DNA of 64,000 nt from an uncultured Actinomycetota bacterium (lineage in GTDB: Bacteria > Actinomycetota > Actinomycetes > Streptosporangiales > Streptosporangiaceae), in assembly GCA_963713585.1 (NCBI GenBank), contig CAVQMG010000010.1, forward strand, positions 20,911 to 84,910, given 5' to 3'. Below the pieces are notes generated by a model that worked only from the letters and a program-made list of their open reading frames with translations, was not told where the DNA came from and did not search any database. Made by a program: the position numbers and the translations under genes. This document shows positions 29,425 to 43,079 of the stretch, piece by piece. Position 1 is the first letter of the stretch. The number at the start of each line of letters is the position of its first letter.

Positions 29425-30069
29425 TTGTCAGTGACCCAGACCCGAGCGTGTGTTCAGTGCGGCGCCAGCTTCGCGCCGCTGCGCGAGCATGCCCGGTTCT
29501 GCTCGCCCAGATGCCGGATCCGGTGGGGGCGGGAGAATACGGGCTCAGCTGCCGGTGATGACGCCCTGGACTGGTCGGTCACGGCGATGCGGGAGACCAC
29601 CGACCGGCTGCTGCAGGCGACGGGCTGGGACCGGGCGCACGCCTTCGTGGCGATTACCGAAGGCGTCTGGTGGGTCACCATGGTGGACGCGACCCTGGTG
29701 CGCTACTACCCGGAGGCCTACAACGCGGTCCTGGCCGGATATGACCCGGCGCGGCGGCTAGTGATCGAGGACACTCTCGGCGGCCTGCGCTACGTCCGCA
29801 ACCGGCTCGGCTATGAGGCCGATCACGACGACTTCGTCGAGTCGGAGCCGGGCGATTCAGGCCTGGCCGCGGGCCGGATAGCTGCCTGGACCTGGCGGGC
29901 GATGCCTGAGCCCGAGGTCGCCTGCCTGCCGCCGGCCGCGCAGGAGTGGGAGATCACCCGGTACAACGCCTACCAGGCCCAGCTGGCCAAGCGCTCGATC
30001 GGCGACACCTTCGGCCAGGCGGCCGACTTCCTGCAGGCCGCCGCCGACAGCAGCATCAGCCAGCCGTAG
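29425..30069 (+). CDS. Hypothetical protein: N-terminal CxxC...FCSxxC zinc ribbon plus about 170-aa domain of unknown function
   Basis: 214-aa ORF (TTG start; start uncertain) beginning CVQCGASFAPLREHARFCSPRCRIRW. I do not recognise the rest (Trp/Tyr-rich, acidic). GC3 is high throughout, as in neighbouring genes. Confidence 0.55.
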   Translation: MSVTQTRACVQCGASFAPLREHARFCSPRCRIRWGRENTGSAAGDDALDWSVTAMRETTDRLLQATGWDRAHAFVAITEGVWWVTMVDATLVRYYPEAYNAVLAGYDPARRLVIEDTLGGLRYVRNRLGYEADHDDFVESEPGDSGLAAGRIAAWTWRAMPEPEVACLPPAAQEWEITRYNAYQAQLAKRSIGDTFGQAADFLQAAADSSISQP

Positions 30070-30092
30070 CGAGCCTGCTCTGGCCGCCCGGA

Positions 30093-34961
<4,869 letters not shown>

Positions 34962-34967
34962 GCTTCC

Positions 34968-34990
34968 ATCCTGCCTGGTGCCGCTGACAA
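34968..34990 (-). promoter_or_regulatory. Candidate RecA-NDp / PafBC-type promoter giving a leaderless lhr mRNA
   Basis: The minus strand reads TTGTCAGCG-gcaccagg-CAGGAT-ggaagc-ATG, against the consensus tTGTCRgtg-N8-TAnnnT. The -10 keeps A2 and T6. The A of the ATG is 7 nt after the -10 element. Confidence 0.3.
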
Positions 34991-35136
34991 CCTGGCACAA
35001 TCGGGCGGCTTGCCCAGCTCAGCAGGTTGCCCGGACCAGGACCCCGGCGGCCCGGCCAGGGCCCGGCCGGCGGCTCGACCTGGGCCCGGCCGGGCTCAGA
35101 TGCTGACAAGCCTGCCGTTTCGGCTACGTTAGGCCG

Positions 35137-35634
35137 GTGCCCGGAGTGAACCTGCGCCCGTCCGCGCGTGCTCTCATCGTGGATGACCAGGACCGGATCC
35201 TGCTGTGCAGGTTCGAGTTTCTCCGCGCCGGCCGGATCGTCATCGTGTGGGCCGCGCCGGGCGGCGGGGTGGAGCCGGGCGAGACGCTGCTGGACGCGCT
35301 GCGCCGCGAACTGGACGAGGAAGTCGGGCTCGCCGTTGCGGCTGAGCCACCGCACGTCTGGCATCAGGTGGTGGTACGCGACGGCCATATCGAGGGCTTC
35401 GACGGAGTGATCAACGACTACTTCCTGGTGCGGACTGCCTGGTTCGAGCCGCGCGGCTCACTGAGCGACGAGGAACTGGCGGCCGAGAATGTCTCCGGCC
35501 TGCAGTGGTGGCCGCTGGCCGACCTGACCGGGTACCGCGGATCCGACCTGTTCAGCCCGCGTGACCTGGCCCGGCTGCTGCCGGCGCTGCTGGCCGCCGG
35601 GCCGCCCGCGGCGCCGCTGCAGTTGGGTTTGTAG
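35137..35634 (+). CDS. NUDIX hydrolase
   Basis: Nudix box GGGVEPGETLLDALRRELDEEVG. Confidence 0.85.
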   Translation: MPGVNLRPSARALIVDDQDRILLCRFEFLRAGRIVIVWAAPGGGVEPGETLLDALRRELDEEVGLAVAAEPPHVWHQVVVRDGHIEGFDGVINDYFLVRTAWFEPRGSLSDEELAAENVSGLQWWPLADLTGYRGSDLFSPRDLARLLPALLAAGPPAAPLQLGL

Positions 35635-35741
35635 CCGCCGCGCCCGGCAAGATGGATCGTGGCGCCGGGCCGCGACGCTCGGCGCCGCCGCCAGAACCAC
35701 CTGCCACAACCACCTGGCCGACGGAACGGAAGTGACACGCG

Positions 35742-36974
35742 GTGGACGCAGCCGAGGTTTTCCCGGCCTTGCTGGCGCCCGAAGGGCGGGCCGATCCGTA
35801 CCCGCTGTACGCTCACCTGCACGAACTGGGCGAGGCAATCGCGCTCGACGGAATGGTGCTGGTGCCGGGCTACGAGGCCGCCAATGCCGTCCTGCGCGAT
35901 CCGGTGTTCCGGGTCGCTGACGCCGACAGGTTCGACGAGCTGATGCCCGGCTGGCGGGATCACCCGGCCATGATGATCAACTCGCTGCTCAGCGTGAACC
36001 CGCCGCAGCACACCCGGATCAGGAGCCTGATCTCCCGCGCCTTTACCCAGCGCCGGATCGCCGGACTGGAACCGGCAGTGGCCCGGATGACCGACCGGCT
36101 GCTGGATAACCTCGGCCGCCGCGGCGCTGCCGGCCACGCGGTCGAATTCATGCACGACTTCGCCTTCCTGCTGCCGGTGACGGTGATTTGCGAGCTCATC
36201 GGGATACCCGAAGCTGACCGGGAGCGATTCCGGCCCATCGCGACGGCGCTGGTCGCGACCATCGAGCCGCTCAGCACCCGGCAGCAATGGATCGAGGCCG
36301 ACGCAGCCGTCACCGAGCTGACCGGCTACTTCGCCGACCTGGCGGCGGAGCGCCGGGCCGCGCCGCGTGACGACCTGATGAGCGCGCTGACCGGGATCGC
36401 CGACACCGGCGACGGCAGGCTCAGCGACGCTGAGCTGCTGGAGAACCTGATGCTGCTGCTGGTGGCCGGCTTCGAGACCACGGCCAATCTGCTCGGCAAC
36501 GGACTGCGGATCATCCTGGACGACCAGGCTTTTGCCGACGACATGACCGACGGCGTCGTGCCGGTGGCGGCATTCGTCGACGAGGTACTGCGCTACGACT
36601 CTCCGGTGCAGCTGACCAGCCGCCGCGCCGCCGCGCCGGCCGAGATCGCCGGGACGGCCGTGACCCCGGCCGACGAGGTCATCGTGCTGCTCGGCGCAGC
36701 TAACCGGGATCCGCGCAGGTTCGCCGAGCCGAACAGGTTTCACCCCGCGCGCGCCGACGGCGGCCCGCTGAGTTTCGGCGGCGGGCCGCACTTCTGCATC
36801 GGCGCGGCCCTGGCCCGGCTGGAGGCGTCAGTCGCCTTGCCGCGCATCCTCGGCCGGTTCCCGGCGCTGGCCGCGGCGTCCGAGCCCGTGCGCAAGCAGG
36901 GCCTGGTCCTGCGCGGATTCGAAACGCTGCCGGTGACCCTGCGTGACGCTCGCCGGGAGTCAGCGCCGCCTTGA
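35742..36974 (+). CDS. Cytochrome P450
   Basis: I-helix LLLVAGFETTANLL, EVLRYDSP (ExxR), heme loop FGGGPHFCIGAALA. Confidence 0.9.
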   Translation: MDAAEVFPALLAPEGRADPYPLYAHLHELGEAIALDGMVLVPGYEAANAVLRDPVFRVADADRFDELMPGWRDHPAMMINSLLSVNPPQHTRIRSLISRAFTQRRIAGLEPAVARMTDRLLDNLGRRGAAGHAVEFMHDFAFLLPVTVICELIGIPEADRERFRPIATALVATIEPLSTRQQWIEADAAVTELTGYFADLAAERRAAPRDDLMSALTGIADTGDGRLSDAELLENLMLLLVAGFETTANLLGNGLRIILDDQAFADDMTDGVVPVAAFVDEVLRYDSPVQLTSRRAAAPAEIAGTAVTPADEVIVLLGAANRDPRRFAEPNRFHPARADGGPLSFGGGPHFCIGAALARLEASVALPRILGRFPALAAASEPVRKQGLVLRGFETLPVTLRDARRESAPP

Positions 36975-37645
36975 CCGCCGTCCGGTACCGGTCGATCACC
37001 AGGCCGGCCAGCGCCGGGTGGCCGCCGAGCGGCGCGGTGACCCAGTCGGCGCCGCTGTCGTGCAGCTGATCCTGGAAGTGGCCAGGTGCCAGCAGGTAGC
37101 TCGCGACCGCGACCGGCCCGCTGGTCTGCGCTGCGTAGCTCGGCGACAGCCTCGGGCACCGTCGGCCGCGCGGCCGGTGGCGAAGGCGCCGAGCACCGGC
37201 ACGCTGAGCCGCTCGGCCAGCAGGTCGGCCTGCTTGCTGCACATCGCGCGGCCGCGGCCGGGTCGGCGGAGCCCGCGGCGGCCAGCACGACCGGGGTCCC
37301 GGCCGGCACGCCGGCCTCGCGAGAGCCGGGCGGTCAGCGCGGTCAGCAGCAGCTCGTCGGGGCCGAGCGGGCCGGCGACCCGGGCGCCTGCCGAGGCCGG
37401 CCGCGTCGGTGATGTCGGTCGGTCAGGTGATAGCCGGTCGACAGCAGCAGCGGCACGATGACGGAGTTCGACCCAGCAGCGTCGAGCTCGGCCGGCAGCG
37501 ACGGCTCGGCATGGCCGATGAACGCCACGTGGACGTCGAGCACCGGGGCCAGGCGGCGGACCTGGCGGGCGAGGGTCTTGATGACGTCGGTGGCGGCCGG
37601 GTTCCGGCTGCCATGCGCGACGGCGAGCAGGGCTGGCTGGCTCAT
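36960..37645 (-). pseudogene. cbiX: Sirohydrochlorin ferrochelatase (CbiX/SirB-like), about six frameshifts
   Basis: MSQPALLAVAHGSRNPAATDVIKTL..VHVAFIGHAEPSL..VIVPLLLSTGYHLT is followed by DITDAAGLG / ARVAGPLGPDELLLTALTARLS / EAGVPAGTPVVLAAAGSADP / ADLLAERLSVPVLGAFATG / PTVPEAVAELRS / PVAVASYLLAPGHFQDQL..APLGGHPALAGLVIDRY, read from alternating frames. The ATG overlaps the stop of the upstream gene (ATGA at 37642-37645). The 3' end is approximate. Confidence 0.6.
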
Positions 37646-38959
37646 GCTGTGGCCTCCAGCTCGGGGTGATCAGCTCGGGCGCGGTAGGCTGCCGACCGCG
37701 CCAGCAGGTCGACGCAGCCGCACGACCTCGGCCGATCAGCGCACGACAGCCGGGCGGCTCGGACGCCAGCGCGGGCGGCGTCGGCGCCGCGACGCCGCCG
37801 AGGGTCGAGATCAGCACCTGCTGGTCCGGCGTGGTGCCGTCGCTGATGACGGCGACGGGCGTTGCCGCGTCCCGGCCGCGCTTGATCAGCTCGGCGGCAA
37901 CCCCGTCCAGGTGCGCGACGGCCATCATCAGCACGAGCGTGCCGCTGCCGTCGCGCCAGCGCCGCCCAGTCCACGGTCGCGCCGGGCTGCGAGGGATCCA
38001 GGTGCGCGGAGACAACCGAGAAGTCCTGCGTGATGCCGCGATGCGTGACCGGGATGCCCGCGTAGGCCGGGACCGCGATCGCGCTGGTGACGCCGGGTAC
38101 GACCTGGAACGGCACGCCGGCCCGGACGCAGGCCAGCGCTTCTTCGCCGCCGCGGCCGAACACGAACGGGTCGCCGCCCTTGAGCCGGACCACGCGCTGG
38201 CCGGCCAGCGCCCGGGCGACGATGAGCTCGTTGATCTGCGCCTGGGTCAGGTTGTGTGCGTGCGGCTGCTTGCCCGCGTCGATGACCTCGACGTCCGGGT
38301 CAAGCTCAGCCAGCAGTGAGCGCGGCGCCAGCTTGTCCGTGACCACGACGTCCGCCTCGGCCAGCAGCCGGCGGCCGAGCACGGTGATCAGGCCCGGGTC
38401 CCCGGCCCGCCGCCGACCAGCGCGACGCTTCCGACAGCCGCATGCGGCGAAATAGGGCTGGCGACGTCTGCTGCCGTGAGCGGCCGCGAGCCGGCCAGCG
38501 CGGCTCGCTCAGGCTGGCCGCGGCCCAGGCCGGCGGCAGGGTGCCGTCGCCAACGCCGGCGATCGCCACGCAGCCGCTGTGACCGGCGCGGATCACCGGC
38601 CGCGGTCACCGCGACCGTGACATCGCCGTGCCGGGTCACCGCTGCGGTCCAGGCCGCCGACGCGACCGCGTCGTCGGCGCGTACGCACCAGACCGGCTGG
38701 CGCTCCGCCTCGGCCGCGACCGCGCGTTCACGTCGGGATCGTCGGTCGCGGCGTGCGCGAGCCACGCCGCCGACAGGTCGCCGTCGCGGTAATGCGGCGA
38801 CGCAGGATGGCGACAGGCAGATCCGGCCAGCTCAGTCGACACACCGGACGGCGCGATGACCACCACGTGCGCGCCGGACTCGAGCAGGCTCCGAGCCCGG
38901 CGCAGCGCTACCTGCCCGCCGCCGACCACGACCGCGCGCTTGCCGGCCATCGACAGCAT
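37642..38959 (-). pseudogene. Siroheme synthase-like fusion: precorrin-2 dehydrogenase domain + uroporphyrinogen-III C-methyltransferase (CysG/CobA), at least six frameshifts
   Basis: - N-domain: MAGKRAVVVGGGQVALRRARSLLESGAHVVVIAP..AWLAHAATDDPDVNA / VAAEAERQPVWCVRADD..VTVAVTAAGDP.
- Methyltransferase: GSVALVGGGPG / DPGLITVLGRRLLAEADVVVTDKLA..RLKGGDPFVFGRGGEE..VVPGVTSAIAVPAYAGIPVTHRG / GTLVLMMAVAHLDGVAAELIKRGRDAATPVAVISDGTTPDQQV.
- The segments lie in different frames. Confidence 0.65.
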
Positions 38960-39257
38960 CAGCGGGTACGGTCAGTCGGGACGGCGCGGCCCGGCTGGCG
39001 CGCCGCCGGCCGGGCTCGCGCCGGACCGGCACCGAGCCTAGGGCCGCGCCAGGCTGAGGGTCGCGGCCGGTCATGTCGCTGTCCGGTCCGGGCAGCGGGG
39101 TCGTGCGGCTGCGGCCGGACGACGGCGACGAACTTCAGGCTGAAGCTCGCGCGCGCAGGCGCGGCACTCCCAGTCGCCGGCGTCCGCGCCGGCCGGGCCG
39201 CAGGTTCTCCTCGCCGCAGTACGGGCAGAAGAACGGCACCTGCCGTTCGCCGGTCAT
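38959..39257 (-). pseudogene. Small zinc-ribbon protein commonly found next to actinobacterial sulfite reductase genes, two frameshifts
   Basis: MTGERQVPFFCPYCGEENLRP / DAGDWECRACAR / FSLKFVAVV... lie in three frames. The stop of the last frame overlaps the cysG-like ATG (TGATG at 38957-38961). Confidence 0.45.
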
Positions 39258-41028
39258 GCGCCGTCCGGCCCGGGCAAGCTGTCCAGCCTTGGCAGGCTGC
39301 CGGCATGTGGCCAGCTGACCGGTCTCAGTCGGCTGTCCGATCTCGGTCGGCTGCCGGGTCTCAGTCGGCTGTCCGGTCTGGGTCAGCAGCTCGGCATCGG
39401 CGCGCCGCACCCAGGTGGCGAACTGCTCGCCGTCGGCGCGGTCGGCCTGGTAGTTGCGCAGCAGCCGCTCGACGTAGTCGGTCAGCCCGGCCGCGGTCAC
39501 CTTGAGCCCGCGCAGCTTGCGGCCGAAGCCAGGGTCGGTGCCGAGCGACCCGCCCAGGTGCACCTGGAAGCCTTCCTCGCCGTCGACGATCGAGCCCTTC
39601 AGGCCGATGTCGGCCAGCTGGAAGCGAGCGCAGGAGTTCGGGCAGCCGTTGACGTTGATGCGTGATCGGCGTGTCGAAGTCCGGCAGCCGCCGGTCCAGC
39701 TCGGTGTACAGGTCGCGGGCCCGGCCCTTGGTCTCCACGATGGCGAGCTTGCAGAACTCGATGCCGGTGCACGCCATCGTCCCGCGCCGGAACACGTTCG
39801 GGCTGGCGGTCAGGTCGATGGCCTCAAGCTCGGCCACCAGCTCGGGCACGGCTCGCTCGGGCACGTCGAGTATGAGCAGCTTCTGCTCGATGGTCGTGCG
39901 GATCCGGCCCGAGCCGTAGGCCTCGGCGAGGTCGGCGACCTGCCACAGCTGCGTACCGGACGTCCGGCCGGTGTGCGGCGCGACGCCCGACGTAGTACAG
40001 CCCGTCGCGCTGCCGGTGCACGCCGATGTGGTCGCGCGAGCCAGGCGCGGGTGCGGGCGGTGGCGGACCGTCGGCGAGCGCCGTTCCCGCCCAGGTATTC
40101 GCGTCTCCAGAACCTCGCGGAACCGCTCGGCGCCCCAGTCAGCGACCAGGAACTTCAGCCTGGCCCGGCTGCGCAGCCGGCGGTAACCGTAGTCGCGGAA
40201 CAGGCTCGCGACGCCCGGCCCAGACCTCAGGCACCCGCTCGGCCGGCACGAACGCACCGAGGCGCTGGGCGAGCATCGGGTTGGTCGACAGGCCGCCGCC
40301 GACCCACAGGTCGTAGCCCGGCCGGCCGTCTGGGCCGATGACGCCGACGAAGGAGATGTCGTTCACCTCGTGCGCCGTGCACTGGTTGCCGCAGCCGGAG
40401 ATCGCGGTCTTGAACTTGCGCGGCAGGTTGGTCAGGTCGGGGCTGCTGGTGGCGATCTCTTCGGTCGCCCGCAGCACCGCGCTCGCGTCGATGATCTCGG
40501 CCGCCGTCGATGCCAGCCACCGGGCAGCCAAGGATGTTGCGCGGCACGTCGCCGCAGGCCTGCTGGCTGGACAGGCCGACCTCTTCGAGCCTGCCCCAGA
40601 TGGCCGGGACGTCTTCGATGCGGATCCAGTGGAACTGGACGTTCTGCCGGTCGGTGACGTCGGCCAGGTCGCGGCCGTACTCCTTGGCGATGCCGGCCGA
40701 TGGCGCGCAGCTGGTCGGCGGACAGCTGCCCGCCGGGGATGCGGACCCGCATCATGAAGTACGGGTCCTCGATCTCGGCGTCCTCGAGCGCGCCGGTCTT
40801 GCCGCCGCCGATGCCGGGCTTGCGCTGGGTGTACAGGCCCCACCAGCGGAACCGGCCGCGCAGGTCGCTCGGGTCGATCGAGTCGAAGCCCAGGTGGGCG
40901 TACCGGTTCAGGATGCGGTCGCGGACGTGCAGCCCGTCGTCGTCCTTCTTGAATCGCTCGGCGGGATTAAGCGGCTCGTGGAAGCCGAGAGCCCACTGGC
41001 CCTGGCCGCGAAGCGGCTGGGATGGCAT
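39258..41028 (-). pseudogene. sirA: Ferredoxin-dependent sulfite reductase (nitrite/sulfite reductase family, SirA-like), seven frameshifts, no stop before the next ORF
   Basis: - N-terminus: MPSQPLRGQGQWALGFHEPLNP..RWWGLYTQRK..YFMMRVRIPGGQLSADQLRAIG.
- Then IAKEYGRDLADVTDRQNVQFHWIRIEDVP..ACGDVPRNILGCPVAGIDG.
- Then AEIIDAS..NLPRKFKTAISGCGNQCTAHEVNDISFVG..WVGGGLST.
- Then VASLFRDYGYRRLRSRARLKFLVADWG.
- Then EYLGG / ALADGPP..HIGVHRQRDGLYYVG.
- Then VAPHTGR..TMACTGIEFCKLA..DTPIT.
- Then INVNGCPNSCARFQLADIGL..FQVHLGG.
- Frame changes lie at about 40695, 40505, 40215, 40085, 40065, 39985 and 39660. Confidence 0.8.
39306..39377 (-). repeat. 18-bp in-frame tandem repeat (xGQPTE hexapeptide) at the sirA 3' end
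   Basis: The minus strand reads accggacagccgactgag / acccggcagccgaccgag / atcggacagccgactgag / accggtcagctggccaca. That is three good units at 39324-39377 plus a degenerate fourth. Confidence 0.85.
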
Positions 41029-41350
41029 CTCGGGGGTCCTTCTGCTGGCGTGGTGCGGGCACTGACGACTGCTGCCCGGCTGACCGGGCGAGCTGTGCGG
41101 TGCGGGGAACCTGAGTCAGCAGGAGGGACGACAGATCGCGCTTGATACGCGCAGCAGGTCAATGTGACGCCGACTAGACGAGCCACGGGCCGCGGCTGGC
41201 GGTCGGGCGGGTCACTACTGCCTCCGGATGCTAGGTCGCGCCTGCGCGCGCGGTCGTTCAGATTGAGCCGACCGCGCCGCACTGCGCTGACTGCACTGTC
41301 CATGACCGTAACATCCCGAACCGGCCCCTGCGCAAGAGGGATTGTTTCTG

Positions 41351-42136
41351 TTACCTAAATTCCCTGGTCAGCAATCGGGTCGTCCGGGCCCAGGCGTCAG
41401 CGGCCGGAGCCGGGCGGTAAGTGTCGCGCTCAGGGCAGAAAAAGCCGTGCGGCGTGCCCGGATACACGATCAGCTCGTGCTGCACGCCCGCCGTGGCCAG
41501 CGCAGCCCGGATTTGGTCGAACTCACCGGGCCCGAACAGGTGATCGTCCTCACCGGCCAGCAACAGCACCGGCGTGCGCTGCCGGGCCAGCTGGCCGGCC
41601 AGCTCGAGCAACGGTTCCGTCCTGCTCAGGCCGGTGCCCGCGGTGGCCAGCCAGCCGGGGTAGAGCAGGACGAGCGCGGTCAGCGGCAGCTGAGTGCCGG
41701 CGTAGAAGCTGATGTGCCCGCCGGCGCTCATCCCGAAGATGGCGGCCTGGCCGGTGCTGTCGGGCCGGGCGGCCAGGGTGTCGAGGCAGGCTCGGGCGTC
41801 GGCCCGGACCAGGTCGCGGTCCAGTCCGCTGATCAGTTCCAGCCCCCGGCTGCGGCCGTCGGCATCCGCGGCCAGAACAATCGGGCTGCTGTCGGCGGAC
41901 TGCCAGTGGTAGTAGTCCGGCACCAGGGCGAGGTACCCGGCGGCCGCGAACCGGTCGGCGACGCTGCGGACGAAGCCGGTAATCCCGAACATCTCGAACC
42001 CGATCAGCACGCCCGGCCACGTTCCCGGCCCCTGCGGTCGCGCCAGGTAGGCACGCATGGTGCCGGGCTCACGGCCGGGCCCGGCCGGCACGCTGATGTC
42101 CAGCCAGCCCGTCTGGACGGGAAGTTCTGCAGTCAT
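41351..42136 (-). CDS. Dienelactone hydrolase family protein
   Basis: 261 aa. Segments MRAYLARPQGPGTWPGVLIGFEMFGITGFVRSVADRFAAAGYLALVPDYYH, IFGMSAGGH, GTPHGFF. Confidence 0.85.
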   Translation of the reverse strand: MTAELPVQTGWLDISVPAGPGREPGTMRAYLARPQGPGTWPGVLIGFEMFGITGFVRSVADRFAAAGYLALVPDYYHWQSADSSPIVLAADADGRSRGLELISGLDRDLVRADARACLDTLAARPDSTGQAAIFGMSAGGHISFYAGTQLPLTALVLLYPGWLATAGTGLSRTEPLLELAGQLARQRTPVLLLAGEDDHLFGPGEFDQIRAALATAGVQHELIVYPGTPHGFFCPERDTYRPAPAADAWARTTRLLTREFR

Positions 42137-42194
42137 GGGAACTGACGCTAGTGCGCTCGCGGGCGAACATCCATCGTGAGATTATCCTAGGAAC

Positions 42195-43079
42195 GTGGTT
42201 ACCAGGGTGAGCGGTCAGCCCGCTGCGGCGCGGTCGGCCAGGGCCGCCGAAGTCGCGGAGTTCCTGCGGGCTCGGCGGGCCCGGCTGCAGCCGTCCGACG
42301 TGGGCCTGCCAGCCAGTTCGCGGCGGCGCACGCCCGGTCTGCGGCGCGAGGAGGTCGCCCAGCTCGCTGACATCTCCGCGGCCTACTACACGTTCCTGGA
42401 GCAGGGCCGCGATCTGCGGCCGTCGCATCAGGTGCTGGGCTCGCTGGCGGGCGCCCTGCAGCTCACCGCGGCCGAGCGCGCCCACCTGGTCGAGCTCGTG
42501 CACGGGCCGGCCGCAACCCCGCCGGACCAGGCCGACGTGCTGGCGCCGGAGGTGGCGGCGATCGTCCGCCAACTCGATCCGTGGCCCGCTTACGTAACCG
42601 GCCGCAGCTGGGATGTGCTCGCCTCGAACCGGGCCTGCCGGGCGCTGTGGGCGGACTGGCCGGCCCTGCCGCCGTCGGAGCGGAACATTCTCTGCTGGAC
42701 GTTCCTGCACCCGGACGCGCGCCTGGTGCTGGCGGACTGGAAGGCCGAAGCGCGGGCACAGCTGGCCAGGTTCCGGCTGGCGGCCGCGCGGCACCAGGCC
42801 GATCAGCAGTTCGAGTCGCTGATCGCCCGGCTGCAGGCGGGCAGTCCGCAGGCACGCGCCTGGTGGCCCGAGCATGAGGTGATCCCGCTGGGGTCGGGGA
42901 CCAAGCGGATCCGCCATCCCGCCCTGGGCGTGATCGCCTTCCGGCACGTCGTGCTGCAGGTCGCCGACGACCCGGAGCAGAAGCTGGTGATCTTCACCGC
43001 CGGGCAGGCTGAGCAGGCGGCACTGGCGCGCCTTATCGGGGCGGCTGATGATCGGGCGGCTGATTATCGGGGCGGCTGA
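42195..43079 (+). CDS. MmyB-like helix-turn-helix transcriptional regulator
   Basis: XRE HTH (FLRARRARLQPSDVGLP...RTPGLRREEVAQLADISAAYYTFLEQGR) followed by an MmyB-type ligand-binding domain (LDPWPAYVTGRSWDVLASNRA..NILCWTF). Confidence 0.8.
   Translation: MVTRVSGQPAAARSARAAEVAEFLRARRARLQPSDVGLPASSRRRTPGLRREEVAQLADISAAYYTFLEQGRDLRPSHQVLGSLAGALQLTAAERAHLVELVHGPAATPPDQADVLAPEVAAIVRQLDPWPAYVTGRSWDVLASNRACRALWADWPALPPSERNILCWTFLHPDARLVLADWKAEARAQLARFRLAAARHQADQQFESLIARLQAGSPQARAWWPEHEVIPLGSGTKRIRHPALGVIAFRHVVLQVADDPEQKLVIFTAGQAEQAALARLIGAADDRAADYRGG

Noticed and set aside
29425-29433. TTGTCAGTG, an exact match to the upstream half of the RecA-NDp DNA-damage promoter motif.
   Set aside because: The sequence 8 nt downstream is CCGAGC, not TAnnnT. 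The string coincides with the start of the ORF itself, so it is probably coincidental. It is mentioned only as context in the finding on that ORF.
41250-41275. Hairpin gcggtcg-N12-cgaccgc in the roughly 320-nt region upstream of sirA, considered as a riboswitch or attenuator.
   Set aside because: It has only a 7-bp stem. It has no resemblance to the SAM, SAH or other sulfur-related riboswitch cores I know, and the region is otherwise unremarkable.
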